DNA of 64,000 nucleotides, from the NCBI GenBank assembly GCA_045603585.1, contig JAZUMK010000030.1, positions 6,607 through 70,606 on the forward strand, read 5' to 3'. Origin of the DNA: Clostridia bacterium (lineage in GTDB: Bacteria > Bacillota > Clostridia > Christensenellales > CAG-138). Both the position numbers and the translations under genes were made by a program. Shown piece after piece: positions 51,021 through 60,574 of this stretch (within the stretch, counting starts at the first letter, position 1; the number at the start of each line of letters is the position of its first letter). The notes beneath the pieces are model-generated. The model saw nothing but the letters and a program-made list of their open reading frames with translations, had not been told where the DNA came from and ran no database searches.

Positions 51021-53477
51021 ATGAAAAAGTTCTTAACATTTGTTCTGGTGCTGGCGATGGTATTGTCAGTATCAAGTTTTGCAATGGCAGATGGCGAGGT
51101 TGCGCAGATTGGCGAAACTAAGTATGCAACGCTGCAGGAAGCCATTGATAATGCAGTAGATGGTGATACCATAACCCTGTTGGCCAATTGCACCGATAAT
51201 GTAACCGTAGTGCAGAAGGCAAACGTAAAGTTTACCATTGACGGCGCAGGCAAGACCATGACCGGTATGATTACCGTAGATGGTAAGAGCGCTACCATAC
51301 TTACCGCTGGTGTTACCATTAAGAATTTTAACTTTGATGGAACAAGTATTGGTGCTGATGCTTGCATTCGTATGGGAGACGGAACCAATGCGACTCGCTA
51401 CGTCTGCAATCTGACTGTGGAAAATTGTACCTTTACTGGTGGCGGTAAAGTTGCTATAAAATCTTATACTGGTGGAGATTATAATCTGAAAGTTATCGGC
51501 TGCACTGTTGATAATACAATGCACAGCCTCCTGCAGGTTGATAACGTAATAGGTGTGGTTGTTGATAATTGTACTGTCAATTCCAAGAACGGTATCAACC
51601 TGAACAGTTCTTCTGATGTTGAGATTAAGAATTCCAATATCGCTGTAAAGGGTTATGCGGTTCGTATCGGAGCCGGCAGCGGCGGCGCCAGTGGTGACGT
51701 GGAACTGACAAACAATACCCTTGCCACCGATAATTCCGAAGGTGATGCAGCTATCGTTCTGCGCGGCGCTGCTGTTACTCAGGTTGATCTGGATATGACC
51801 AATAACAGGGTTTCCGGCAATACCCACATCAGCGGCAATACTGATGAAACTACGATTTCCGCCGATGCCAACTACTGGGATGGCAAGGATGCCCCTGTAG
51901 CAAGCGGTACAGCGGTTCCTGTCAAGTCTTACTATTCTGATGCCGGGCTTACTAATCTGGTTGCCCCCGGTGCTGTAGCCAAGATTGGTACAGATACGTT
52001 TAAAACTCTGGAAGATGCTGTTGCAGCAGCTCAGAACGGCGACACCATCACTCTGATTGACAACATTGAACTTTCCGCAATCGTAAACATTCCCGCCGGA
52101 AAAACCATTACCCTTGATTTGGCCGGAAAGACCATTGCCGGAACTGACACTACAGATAAGAACTTCGGTTTGATTAATCTTGTATCTTCCGGTGCTAATC
52201 TTACCGTCAAGGATTCTGTTGGCGGCGGTAAGATTACTCTGAAGGCAACAATTAATAGCGGTTGGAACAGGTATTCTGCTGTTATCGCAAATAATCAGGG
52301 CACCCTTACTATTGAAGGCGGTACTATACAGCACCTTGGCGGTACCGATATGGCATATGGTATTGATAACTTGACCAATGGCGGTACTACCCCCGCTACT
52401 CTTAACGTCAAGGGCGGAACAATCAGCTCTACCTATCGTGCTATTCGTCAGTTTGCTAATGGTGATAGTGCACTCAATACACTTAATATTACCGGCGGTA
52501 CAATAAACGGAACGGTTTGGCTGCAGTCTCCCAACGCTAAGGAAAATATGGCTGAGTTAAGCATTACCGGCGGCACTATTAATGCAAATGAAGGCGCAAA
52601 TGCAGTTTATGTTTATTCTATGAACGGCGCAAGCTCCAAGCTTGATGTTGATATTTCTGGCGATGCAATGATTAATGGCCCCATTAAGAGTGCGGATTCA
52701 GAGAATACCAATCCGGTAAAGAACTTCATCTCCGGCGGCAGCTTCAGCGAGAAGCCCGCGGCTGAATTGGTAGCTGCCAATAAGGTTGCGCTGTTCGATG
52801 ATAACGTCGATAGGTTTGTTATCGGCGATAAGAAGTCCGGCGCTTCCATCCACATCGCCCCCAAGTCTCTGGACTTTGGCAGTGAAAAGTATGGTTATGA
52901 CGCAGTTGCAGCACAGAGTTTTGTTATAACCAATAACGGTAGCATATCCCTGACCGTGCCTGATCTTTATCATGCCAGCTATGAGTTGATTTTTATAGCA
53001 GCAGATGAAGAGCTTGATGTTGGCGAGTCTGAAACCTTCAGCGTTTTTCCCAAGGCCAATCTCAAGGTTGGTACATATAACGCAGATGTAGCTATAAAAG
53101 CTACTTACACTGAGAATGGAGCAACCGATAAAACTGAAATCTCTGAGACTGTTTCCCTGAAGTTTGAAGTAACCGCCAAGCCCCGCGACAGCATTAAAGT
53201 CAAGTACGAGGGCGGCAACAGCTTCTCCACCTCCAAGTCCGCTGTTCCCACCTCCGTTGAGATTGACGGCGTGCCCGTTCCCTTCACCGGCAACGGCAAG
53301 CTCTTCACCGTAGGCTGCATTGATCCCGATGCAGAGTGGGTAACCGTACGCTGGAACAGCACCTCTGTTACCGTAAACTTCAAGCCTGATGTGACTGTTT
53401 CCTGCCCTGTTATGTCCATCCCCAAGACCGGTGACATGCCTCTTTGGATGGCCGTAGCTGAATTTTTCGGCTTCTAA
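51021..53477 (+). CDS. Secreted right-handed beta-helix-like surface protein with a C-terminal PKTGD motif
   Basis: The signal peptide is MKKFLTFVLVLAMVLSVSSFAMA. It has duplicated (V)A(Q/K)IG..(Y/F).TL(Q/E).A(I/V)..A..GDTITL modules and many short G/N/T-rich beta-strand repeats. The C-terminus is IPKTGDMPLWMAVAEFFGF. Confidence 0.78.
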   Translation: MKKFLTFVLVLAMVLSVSSFAMADGEVAQIGETKYATLQEAIDNAVDGDTITLLANCTDNVTVVQKANVKFTIDGAGKTMTGMITVDGKSATILTAGVTIKNFNFDGTSIGADACIRMGDGTNATRYVCNLTVENCTFTGGGKVAIKSYTGGDYNLKVIGCTVDNTMHSLLQVDNVIGVVVDNCTVNSKNGINLNSSSDVEIKNSNIAVKGYAVRIGAGSGGASGDVELTNNTLATDNSEGDAAIVLRGAAVTQVDLDMTNNRVSGNTHISGNTDETTISADANYWDGKDAPVASGTAVPVKSYYSDAGLTNLVAPGAVAKIGTDTFKTLEDAVAAAQNGDTITLIDNIELSAIVNIPAGKTITLDLAGKTIAGTDTTDKNFGLINLVSSGANLTVKDSVGGGKITLKATINSGWNRYSAVIANNQGTLTIEGGTIQHLGGTDMAYGIDNLTNGGTTPATLNVKGGTISSTYRAIRQFANGDSALNTLNITGGTINGTVWLQSPNAKENMAELSITGGTINANEGANAVYVYSMNGASSKLDVDISGDAMINGPIKSADSENTNPVKNFISGGSFSEKPAAELVAANKVALFDDNVDRFVIGDKKSGASIHIAPKSLDFGSEKYGYDAVAAQSFVITNNGSISLTVPDLYHASYELIFIAADEELDVGESETFSVFPKANLKVGTYNADVAIKATYTENGATDKTEISETVSLKFEVTAKPRDSIKVKYEGGNSFSTSKSAVPTSVEIDGVPVPFTGNGKLFTVGCIDPDAEWVTVRWNSTSVTVNFKPDVTVSCPVMSIPKTGDMPLWMAVAEFFGF

Positions 53478-53505
53478 AAAATCTTTAGCAAAGGCGGCTT
53501 TAACC

Positions 53506-53682
53506 ATGTTTAAGATTAAATCCGGACAGGAGCTTGTTACCAAGTCTATCCGCATGCCGGAAAATCTGGCAACGGAATTGGACAATCTGGCAAGGGAATA
53601 CAATGTATCCTTCAGCTCATTGGTGCTGCAGTGCCTCGAGTATGCTCTGGACCATATGGACGAGGACGGAGAAAAAGCTTAG
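53506..53682 (+). CDS. Small ribbon-helix-helix (Arc/CopG-like) protein, 58 aa
   Basis: I translated it by hand because it falls below the ORF-track cutoff. The sequence is MFKIKSGQELVTKSIRMPENLATELDNLAREYNVSFSSLVLQCLEYALDHMDEDGEKA. The beta-strand (KSIRMP) followed by two helices is a typical RHH pattern. A terminator follows at about 53693-53733. Confidence 0.5.
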   Translation: MFKIKSGQELVTKSIRMPENLATELDNLAREYNVSFSSLVLQCLEYALDHMDEDGEKA

Positions 53683-53892
53683 CCCTGTAACCAAAATAAA
53701 AAGGCGGGAAATTGTTCCCGCCTTTTTTGCGTATACAGCTTTTTTGCGATGAAAAATGCGCCGGGTTATGCGGATTTTACATGCATATCAAAAAATATTT
53801 AGAATATCTCAAAATTTTTTTATTTTTTGCTTTGTACTGGGGCGAAAATGGTGTAGAATAGATTATATCATATATATTCGGGAGGAAGTAAC

Positions 53893-55788
53893 ATGTTCTC
53901 TGACAGTTATTTTGACAGGTTCATATTGCCTGATGATCTTAAAAGTGCCCTCCTTAAGTGCCGCTCAATAGCATATATTGAAAATCAGGATGAGCTGGAC
54001 GAATTGATATTCGGCCCTACCCATACCTCCAGGTATGATGTGGTATACAACATTCCGGGACGAGGAACCGTCAAAGAGGCGGAGGTCATTCGCTGCAAAA
54101 ATGGCGCCGTGGTCAATTTCATGGAAGATTATATGCGCCGCAGAGACCCCAATTCCATGGTGATAGGCGATGAGCTGCCCAGCGACAAGCCCCGCTTTAA
54201 GGATCGTTTCGGCTATGATTTTGCTTCGCTTCGCCGGGAAACCATGGACTGGTTCAGCGGACAGACGGTTATTCTGCTGCCCTTCAGGGCCGGCGATAAG
54301 ACCTACGGCTATGACAGCCTTATGATATGCCCTGCAAATGCTGCGTTCTTTGCGCTGGCCTTGGCCAATATGCAGGGATTTGTGGGCATCAATGACATTT
54401 CAAGAAACTATAAGCCACGGGCTATTATCTATGTTGCGCCGCCTTTCCGCCATACTCATTTCGAAGGCAGGCAGGTAGTCGTTCACAATCGCAGTAATGA
54501 GTGCCATGAAGTATTTGCCTATAATCTCTATCCCGGTCCTTCCGCAAAGAAGGGCGTGTATTCCGTATTGCTGGATATAGGCGAGCAGGAGGGGTGGATA
54601 TGCTGTCATGCCAGCGCAGCCTTGGTGGAGACCCCCTATGAAAATGAGACGGTATTCATGCACGAGGGCGCCAGCGGCGGCGGCAAAAGCGAAATGCTGG
54701 AGGACTTTACCCGCGAGGATGACGACAGGCTGCTTCTGGGCACCCACGTTGTCACCGGCGAGAAGTACTATCTGAACCTTAATGAAAGCTGCAACATATA
54801 TCCCATAGCCGACGATATGGCGTTATGTCATGCAGGCTATCAGGACCCGGACAGCGGCAGGCTGGTTATTACGGATGCGGAGGCAGGCTGGTTCCTCAGA
54901 ATGGACAGCATGCACGCATACGGCAACAACCCCATATACGAAAAGGTATCCATACATCCCCCCAGGCCGCTGCTTTTCTTCAACATGGACGGCGTGCCGG
55001 GCGCAACCTGCCTTATTTGGGAGCATATCCGCGATTCCAACGGTCAGCCCTGCCCCAATCCCAGGGTCATCATCCCCCGGGATATGATAGAAAACATCGC
55101 CCCAAGAGAGCCCCAGGAAGTAGGTGTTCGCAGCTTTGGCGTACGCATGCCTCCCTCTACGGCGGAGGATCCCAATTACGGCATCATGGGTATGCTGCAT
55201 ATCATACCGCCAGCATTGGCCTGGCTGTGGAGATTGGTTGCCCCCAGAGGCTTTAAGAATCCCAGCATCGTGGATGGCGGCGGTACCATGAAGAGCGAGG
55301 GCGTAGGCTCATATTGGCCCTTTGCCACCGGCAAAAAGGTCACTCAGGCAAACCTGCTGCTCAAGCAGATAATTTCCTGCCCCAATACCCTTAATGTGCT
55401 CATACCCAATCAGCATATAGGTGCATACAATATCGGCTTTATGTCCGAATGGGTATCCCGCGAATACCTTGCCAGACACAACGGCAACATCAAGGCAAAG
55501 CATCTTACGCCTGCACGCTGCCCGCTCTTCGGCTATGCGCTGCTGGATATGAAGCTGGATAATCAGTATGTCCGCCAGACCTTCCTCCGCCCCGAGACCC
55601 AGTCCAAGCTGGGTGAAGCGGGCTACGATGCCGGTGCCAAGATACTTACAGACTTCTTTAAGCAGGAGATTAAGCAGTTCCTTACAGAGGAGCTTGACCC
55701 CCTGGGCCGTCAGATAATCGAATGCTGCCTTAATGACGGCACGCTGGACGATTATCTCGCTCTCACCCCCATGAAGCTGGTGAAGTAA
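53893..55788 (+). CDS. Uncharacterised 631-aa protein with an HprK/PEPCK-like P-loop
   Basis: The Walker-A-like motif HEGASGGGKSEMLE lies at about nt 54661-54700. I recognise no other motif. The size is reminiscent of a ~630-aa DUF family, but that is from memory and unverified. Confidence 0.7.
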   Translation: MFSDSYFDRFILPDDLKSALLKCRSIAYIENQDELDELIFGPTHTSRYDVVYNIPGRGTVKEAEVIRCKNGAVVNFMEDYMRRRDPNSMVIGDELPSDKPRFKDRFGYDFASLRRETMDWFSGQTVILLPFRAGDKTYGYDSLMICPANAAFFALALANMQGFVGINDISRNYKPRAIIYVAPPFRHTHFEGRQVVVHNRSNECHEVFAYNLYPGPSAKKGVYSVLLDIGEQEGWICCHASAALVETPYENETVFMHEGASGGGKSEMLEDFTREDDDRLLLGTHVVTGEKYYLNLNESCNIYPIADDMALCHAGYQDPDSGRLVITDAEAGWFLRMDSMHAYGNNPIYEKVSIHPPRPLLFFNMDGVPGATCLIWEHIRDSNGQPCPNPRVIIPRDMIENIAPREPQEVGVRSFGVRMPPSTAEDPNYGIMGMLHIIPPALAWLWRLVAPRGFKNPSIVDGGGTMKSEGVGSYWPFATGKKVTQANLLLKQIISCPNTLNVLIPNQHIGAYNIGFMSEWVSREYLARHNGNIKAKHLTPARCPLFGYALLDMKLDNQYVRQTFLRPETQSKLGEAGYDAGAKILTDFFKQEIKQFLTEELDPLGRQIIECCLNDGTLDDYLALTPMKLVK

Positions 55789-56073
55789 AATCTGATATTC
55801 CCCCAAAACGCCAAAGGACGGAATTTTTCCGTCCTTTTTTGTATACAGAAAACCACGCGATAGTCGCGTGGTTCAGAAAAGCTTAAGCGGGGAAATTTAT
55901 ACAGGCGACAAAGCATTTGGAAAGAGTATATACGTCCTGTGCATGCTTGTCGTAAGCTGCCTAAAAAGCCGCATGGTTGAAAGCGATCAACAATGCGGCT
56001 TTTTATTGATGAATTTTTCAGGCGGATATGACGATAAAGTATTACTGTTTATAAATCGAAAATTTACGGCTCT

Positions 56074-56694
56074 TTATCTAACCCTGATCAAAAGCAGCCT
56101 GCCCTCCTTGACGGACACTGCGGCTTTTTGGCCGGGCAGTACTTCGTTGCTTATGCCGTACTGATATTCGCAGGATATTTCAGCATCTGTCAGGGGATAC
56201 TTTGCCCCGGTGATGGTGATGCCTTTGGCGAGGCCTGTGATATTCAGAAGAGAAAAGAAGGGGTATTCATCATGGATGTAAACCGGCTGATGGGATACTA
56301 TTTCCATTTCGGAATAATCGTCTATGATACGGCCCTTCTTACCCAGCGAATCCAGATACAGCAGAATGGACACATTGCCCAATGTGTGGTCAAGCCTTGC
56401 ACCAATAACGCCTATTAAAAGAAAATCATCAAAGCCCCTTTTAACGGCCTCTTTTACCGCATACACGGTATCAGTGTCATCCTTTTCCCGGGGAAGGACG
56501 ATGGTTTCCACATCCATATTTGGGTTTTCGTGGGAATCAAAATCGCCTACGATCAAGCCGGGTGCTGCCTGAAGGTGCTCCAGGTGTTTCAGGCCGCTGT
56601 CGCAGAAGATCACATAGTCATCCTCGCGAAGCAGAGTACGGATATATTCATAGTTGTTTATGTCGGCACCGCCAACTATTACACAGCGTCTCAT
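56074..56694 (-). CDS. thiN: Thiamine pyrophosphokinase
   Basis: It has VIVGGADIN...IFCDSGLKH...GDFDS motifs. The start ATG forms an ATGA overlap with the thiD stop. Confidence 0.85.
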   Translation of the reverse strand: MRRCVIVGGADINNYEYIRTLLREDDYVIFCDSGLKHLEHLQAAPGLIVGDFDSHENPNMDVETIVLPREKDDTDTVYAVKEAVKRGFDDFLLIGVIGARLDHTLGNVSILLYLDSLGKKGRIIDDYSEMEIVSHQPVYIHDEYPFFSLLNITGLAKGITITGAKYPLTDAEISCEYQYGISNEVLPGQKAAVSVKEGRLLLIRVR

Positions 56695-57497
56695 CGTTTG
56701 TTTACCGTCCATTCTTCTTTAATGTCAAATGCGTGATCCATAGGCCCTGACCCACTGCCCAGATCGAGCATTGCAGACAGGGCGCCGCAGATATAGTCTT
56801 TTGCCCTTTGCACGGACTCTGCAAGGGTAAATCCCTTGGCAAGGTTGGCGGCAATGGCGCTGGACAGGGTGCAGCCCGTACCGTGGGTGTTGGGATTGTC
56901 TATGCGCCTGCCCTTAAACCAAATCATGCTGCCATTTTCATAAAGCAGATCATTTGCATCGTTGATGCTGTGGCCGCCTTTGAGCAGGACAGCACAATGA
57001 TAGCTGTCGCCTATCTGCTTTGCTGCTGCCATCATATCATCCTTGGAGCTTATTGTCAGGCCGGAGAGGACCTGCGCTTCAGGGATGTTGGGCGTCACAA
57101 GGGCAGAGAGGGGGAACAGCTCTTCTATAAGGGTTTGCACCGCATCGGTTTTCATCAATGCGGAGCCGGAGGTTGCCACCATTACAGGGTCAACCACTAT
57201 ATTCCTTGCATTATAATATCTCAGCCTGTCTGCAATTACACGGATAAGCTCGCAGGATGCCACCATGCCTATCTTTACGGCATCCGGATAAATGTCTTCA
57301 AATACGGCATCCAGCTGCTGCTGTAAAAATTCCGGTGTGGATTCCTGAATTGCCCTCACGCCGGTTGTGTTTTGCGCCGTCAGCGCCGTAATTGCGCTCA
57401 TGGCGTAAACGCCGTTCATGGTCATGGTTTTGATATCGGCCTGAATACCGGCGCCTCCGCTGCAGTCGCTGCCTGCAATGGTCAATGCTGTTTTCAT
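56691..57497 (-). CDS. thiD: Hydroxymethylpyrimidine/phosphomethylpyrimidine kinase
   Basis: It has ALTIAGSDCSGGAGIQADIKT and GTGCTLSSAIAA. Confidence 0.9.
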   Translation of the reverse strand: MKTALTIAGSDCSGGAGIQADIKTMTMNGVYAMSAITALTAQNTTGVRAIQESTPEFLQQQLDAVFEDIYPDAVKIGMVASCELIRVIADRLRYYNARNIVVDPVMVATSGSALMKTDAVQTLIEELFPLSALVTPNIPEAQVLSGLTISSKDDMMAAAKQIGDSYHCAVLLKGGHSINDANDLLYENGSMIWFKGRRIDNPNTHGTGCTLSSAIAANLAKGFTLAESVQRAKDYICGALSAMLDLGSGSGPMDHAFDIKEEWTVNKR

Positions 57498-57507
57498 GGC
57501 GAACTCC

Positions 57508-57804
57508 TTACCTGTACTTGCCGGTTTTCTGCTCAATGGTGAGGATATCGCCCTCGGGACGGTAAACGGCCTTTATATAGGCGGATACCTTGGGTGCGCC
57601 GGAGCGGACGGCTACCTTAAGGCATTCTTTGGCAATATCCATAAGCTCATCATAGCTTTCTCCCTCAATGGTGGTTTCAAAGGCCGCCACCTGATAGGTG
57701 AGACCGGTGCTTTGGATGTAGGCGATCACCTCATCCACAATGCGGCATACTTCCGCATCCGTGTCAACATTAGGCAAAACCTGAATGGCAATGCTTGCGC
57801 TCAT
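57508..57804 (-). CDS. MTH1187/YkoF-like small thiamine-binding protein
   Basis: The 98-aa protein has an ACT-like ferredoxin fold pattern (IAIQVLP...). Its position inside a thi operon supports the call. Confidence 0.7.
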   Translation of the reverse strand: MSASIAIQVLPNVDTDAEVCRIVDEVIAYIQSTGLTYQVAAFETTIEGESYDELMDIAKECLKVAVRSGAPKVSAYIKAVYRPEGDILTIEQKTGKYR

Positions 57805-57852
57805 ATGATCTCCTCCTGATTCATATTGATTTTATCTGCGGTTATTTCAGCC

Positions 57853-58512
57853 CTATTTATGAGCCACCATCTCTTTTGCAAGCTCTAAAAGCTGCGCTGT
57901 TGCCTTGCCGGGATCATCCGTCGCAAATATGGCGGATACCACCGCAACGCCATCCACACCGCTGTCTGACAGCTCCATAAGGTTATTTGCATTGATGCCG
58001 CCTATGGCAACCACTGGTATGGACACGGCACGGCAGATTTCTTTCAGCCGTTCCATCGTCATATTGCGGGCGTTTTTCTTGGTATCGGTTCCAAACACGG
58101 CGCCTGCGCCGATGTAATCCGCACCTGCGGCCTCAGCGTTAATGGCTTCCTCCACAGTACCTGCGGATATGCCGAGTATCTTGTCCGCTCCTATGATGCT
58201 TCTGATATCTCTGCCCTTTATATCCGACTGACCAACGTGAACTCCGTCCGCCTGAATTGCAAGGGCGATCTCCACGCTGTCGTTGACCACATAGGGCACA
58301 TTGCAGCGGGCACAAAGTTCTTTAAGCTTTGCTGCTTCCACTTCAAATGAAGCTGCATCCAAATCCTTTTCCCGTATCTGAAGAAAGGTCGCACCGTTTG
58401 AAAGTACTTCCTCGCATACGCTGAGGAGAGTATGGCCTTGCTTCAGCCGGCTTTGATCCGTCACCGCATAGAGAAGCATGGCGTTGCGTATATCATCTTT
58501 TGAAAACTTCAT
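57853..58512 (-). CDS. thiE: Thiamine-phosphate synthase
   Basis: It has LYAVTD, FLQIREKDL, ADGVHVGQSD and VAIGGI motifs. Confidence 0.9.
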   Translation of the reverse strand: MKFSKDDIRNAMLLYAVTDQSRLKQGHTLLSVCEEVLSNGATFLQIREKDLDAASFEVEAAKLKELCARCNVPYVVNDSVEIALAIQADGVHVGQSDIKGRDIRSIIGADKILGISAGTVEEAINAEAAGADYIGAGAVFGTDTKKNARNMTMERLKEICRAVSIPVVAIGGINANNLMELSDSGVDGVAVVSAIFATDDPGKATAQLLELAKEMVAHK

Positions 58513-59317
58513 ATTTTGCTCCTTTTATAAGCTGCTGTTCTGTAAGGTTGAATACCGCGTCTATCAAATCATTTCGGAAGGTGGCGTTGCCTGTGCCGTT
58601 ATGCAGACGTTTTTCTTCGGCTGTTTCGCCGCATATGCCCATGGCCGCCATGGCGGAGCAGGCTGCAAGATAGTGATCCTTATAAGCTCCGCAAAATGCA
58701 CCGATAAGAGAGGTAAGCATGCAGCCGCTTCCGGTGATGCGTGCCATGGTGGGGCAGCCGTTATACAGCACACAGGTCTTATTTCCGTTGGAGATCACAT
58801 CGATTTTCCCTGAGATGGCGATAACTGTTCCAAGCTTCTTGGAAAGCTCTGCCGCCATTGTAATTGCAGATTGGAGGTTATCCTCGGTGATCTCATCCGC
58901 ACAGCTTACATCCACGCCGCTGCCGGCGGCCTGCTGTCCCGCAAGATAACGGATTTCGGATGCGTTTCCCCGGATCACGGCAAAATGTATCAGGTCAAGC
59001 AGCCGCTTTACCGCATCCCGCCTGAGCTGAGTTCCTCCGCAGCCCACAGGGTCAAGTATTACGGGCCTGCCCAGCCTGTTGGCTTGCTTTCCGGCCAGTA
59101 TCATGGCGTCTACGTTGTCTATTGCACCCATGTTGCACACCAGCGCCTGAGCGTCACTTACCGCTTCTTCCACTTCCATAGGGTGGGAGGCCATGGTGGG
59201 GCTGCCGCCGGATGCAAGTATGATATTGGCGCAGTCATTGACCGTTACAAAGTTTGTGATGCACTGCACCAGCGGCCTGCTGCTTCGAACAGCAGATAAT
59301 ACTTTTTCAATATCCAT
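58493..59317 (-). CDS. thiM: Hydroxyethylthiazole kinase
   Basis: It has VQCITNFVTVNDCANIILASGGSPTMA. I place the start at MDIEKVL, by frame arithmetic from the ORF track, immediately after the thiW stop. Confidence 0.88.
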   Translation of the reverse strand: MDIEKVLSAVRSSRPLVQCITNFVTVNDCANIILASGGSPTMASHPMEVEEAVSDAQALVCNMGAIDNVDAMILAGKQANRLGRPVILDPVGCGGTQLRRDAVKRLLDLIHFAVIRGNASEIRYLAGQQAAGSGVDVSCADEITEDNLQSAITMAAELSKKLGTVIAISGKIDVISNGNKTCVLYNGCPTMARITGSGCMLTSLIGAFCGAYKDHYLAACSAMAAMGICGETAEEKRLHNGTGNATFRNDLIDAVFNLTEQQLIKGAKYEVFKR

Positions 59318-59319
59318 AC

Positions 59320-59820
59320 CTACTGCTCCATTTCTGACATAAAGCGGCTCATGGCCTTTGAACGCTTCAGTATTATCAGCACCATTACGCCCATGATGCC
59401 GCCCACAACGGCAGAGGGGGTATAGAAGGGGACATAGTACAGGAAGTTTTGAGCATCCAGTCCGTAGAACCACTTCATAAGGGGATAGGAGGCCAATGCT
59501 CCCAGCAATCCGGTTCCGATGATCTCACCTGCGCAGACAAGATAGATGTTTTTTGTTTTTCTCCACAGAAGACCGCCCAATATGGGGCCAAACACAGCCC
59601 CGGTGACGGCCTGGATGGTCCTGCCCGACATCATCCTCATGATGCCGCACAGCAATGCGCTGAGGCAGGCCCACCATGGCCCCAGAAATACGGCGGCAAC
59701 CACGTCCACAAAATGCTGAAAGGGGGCCATGGCGGGGAAGTATACGAAGGAATTTAAAACAAAAGCAAGGCTTGCGAAAAGGGCGCACAGCATCATTTTT
59801 CGGATATTCGAATTTCTCAT
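59320..59820 (-). CDS. thiW: ThiW-like ECF-type S component (thiazole precursor transporter)
   Basis: It is a 166-aa polytopic membrane protein and is the first gene after the TPP riboswitches. Confidence 0.75.
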   Translation of the reverse strand: MRNSNIRKMMLCALFASLAFVLNSFVYFPAMAPFQHFVDVVAAVFLGPWWACLSALLCGIMRMMSGRTIQAVTGAVFGPILGGLLWRKTKNIYLVCAGEIIGTGLLGALASYPLMKWFYGLDAQNFLYYVPFYTPSAVVGGIMGVMVLIILKRSKAMSRFMSEMEQ

Positions 59821-59877
59821 ATGTACTCCTTTGTAAAATCGGGAAACGGGCTGTATTCAGCGACGCTTCCAAAATTG

Positions 59878-59995
59878 GGCGCGGTTATTCACGAAATAAC
59901 CGCCTGGAAGTTCGGTCGATGCTTGCTGGCATCCTCTCACGCCGGAACACGGCTTCCCATCGCTGAAATACAAGACTCAGGGCGCTCCCCCTCAG
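59878..59995 (-). promoter_or_regulatory. Degenerate TPP-like half-aptamer plus hairpin (uncertain)
   Basis: On the minus strand I read GGGGGAGC...GTGAGAG-hairpin(GATGC..GCATC)-GACC. This parallels the GGGGAGC...CTGAGAG-hairpin-GACCC half of the two upstream aptamers. The ACCTGAT..GGATAATGCC..CGTAGG half is absent. It ends in the hairpin GCGGTTATT..AATAACCGC followed by a U-run. Confidence 0.3.
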
Positions 59996-60021
59996 TCCGT
60001 TTCCTCCTTTCCTCAAAGGAT

Positions 60022-60160
60022 AAAAAAGCAAGAGGATACCTTTTGCGGTATCCTCCCGGAACAGAGCTGAAGCATTTCCTACGGCGGCATTATCCACATC
60101 AGGTATAAGGGTCGAAGGTAAAGCCTTCCTCTCAGCCTGTCAATACAAGCTCCCCCTTGC
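60022..60160 (-). promoter_or_regulatory. TPP riboswitch (proximal copy) with terminator
   Basis: On the minus strand I read GGGGAGCttgtattgacaggCTGAGAGgaaggctttaccttcGACCCttatACCTGATgtGGATAATGCCgcCGTAGG. The terminator GAGGATACCgcaaaaGGTATCCTC plus a U-run follows at 60055-60022. Confidence 0.85.
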
Positions 60161-60176
60161 ATTTTCGGTTGTAAAG

Positions 60177-60322
60177 CAAAATAAAACAGGAGACCATCCG
60201 CCTTGGATGCCTCCTGTAAAAATCATCGTGTATGACTTCCTACGGCGGCATTATCCGCATCAGGTTATAGGGTCGAAGGTGATCCCTTCCTCTCAGCCTG
60301 TCAGCACAAGCTCCCCTGTATT
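60177..60322 (-). promoter_or_regulatory. TPP riboswitch (distal copy) with its own terminator
   Basis: This is a second near-identical aptamer (GGGGAGCttgtgctgacaggCTGAGAGgaagggatcaccttcGACCCtataACCTGATgcGGATAATGCCgcCGTAGG). The hairpin ACAGGAGGCATCC..GGATGGTCTCCTGT plus UUUUAUUUU follows. Confidence 0.85.
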
Positions 60323-60574
60323 TATTTGTATACATTATACATCTTCCGTATGGATTACTCAAGATGCAATTATGCTGAAAGTGATTATTTATGGTCGGTA
60401 CTGTGATTTTATGATATGTGTGGGCGCAGCATGTAAATATAAATATTACAAGCACTGACGGCTTGCGCCGCTGCCCTTTTTTCTGTATTTGCGGAGTTTG
60501 CTGGCAATACACACCATCACGCCGCTTTATACATGCCGTTTACGTCGATTGCGACTTGCATTGCATGTCGTCAG

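Noticed and set aside
55845-56010. Hairpins AACCACGCGatagtCGCGTGGTT (about 55850-55872) and AAGCCGCAT...ATGCGGCTT (about 55964-56006) considered as small RNA genes, together with the ORF at 55868-56164.
   Set aside because: They sit between convergent genes (the P-loop protein and thiN) and behave as ordinary terminators. The ORF has no RBS or motif, and it overlaps the thiN 3' end.
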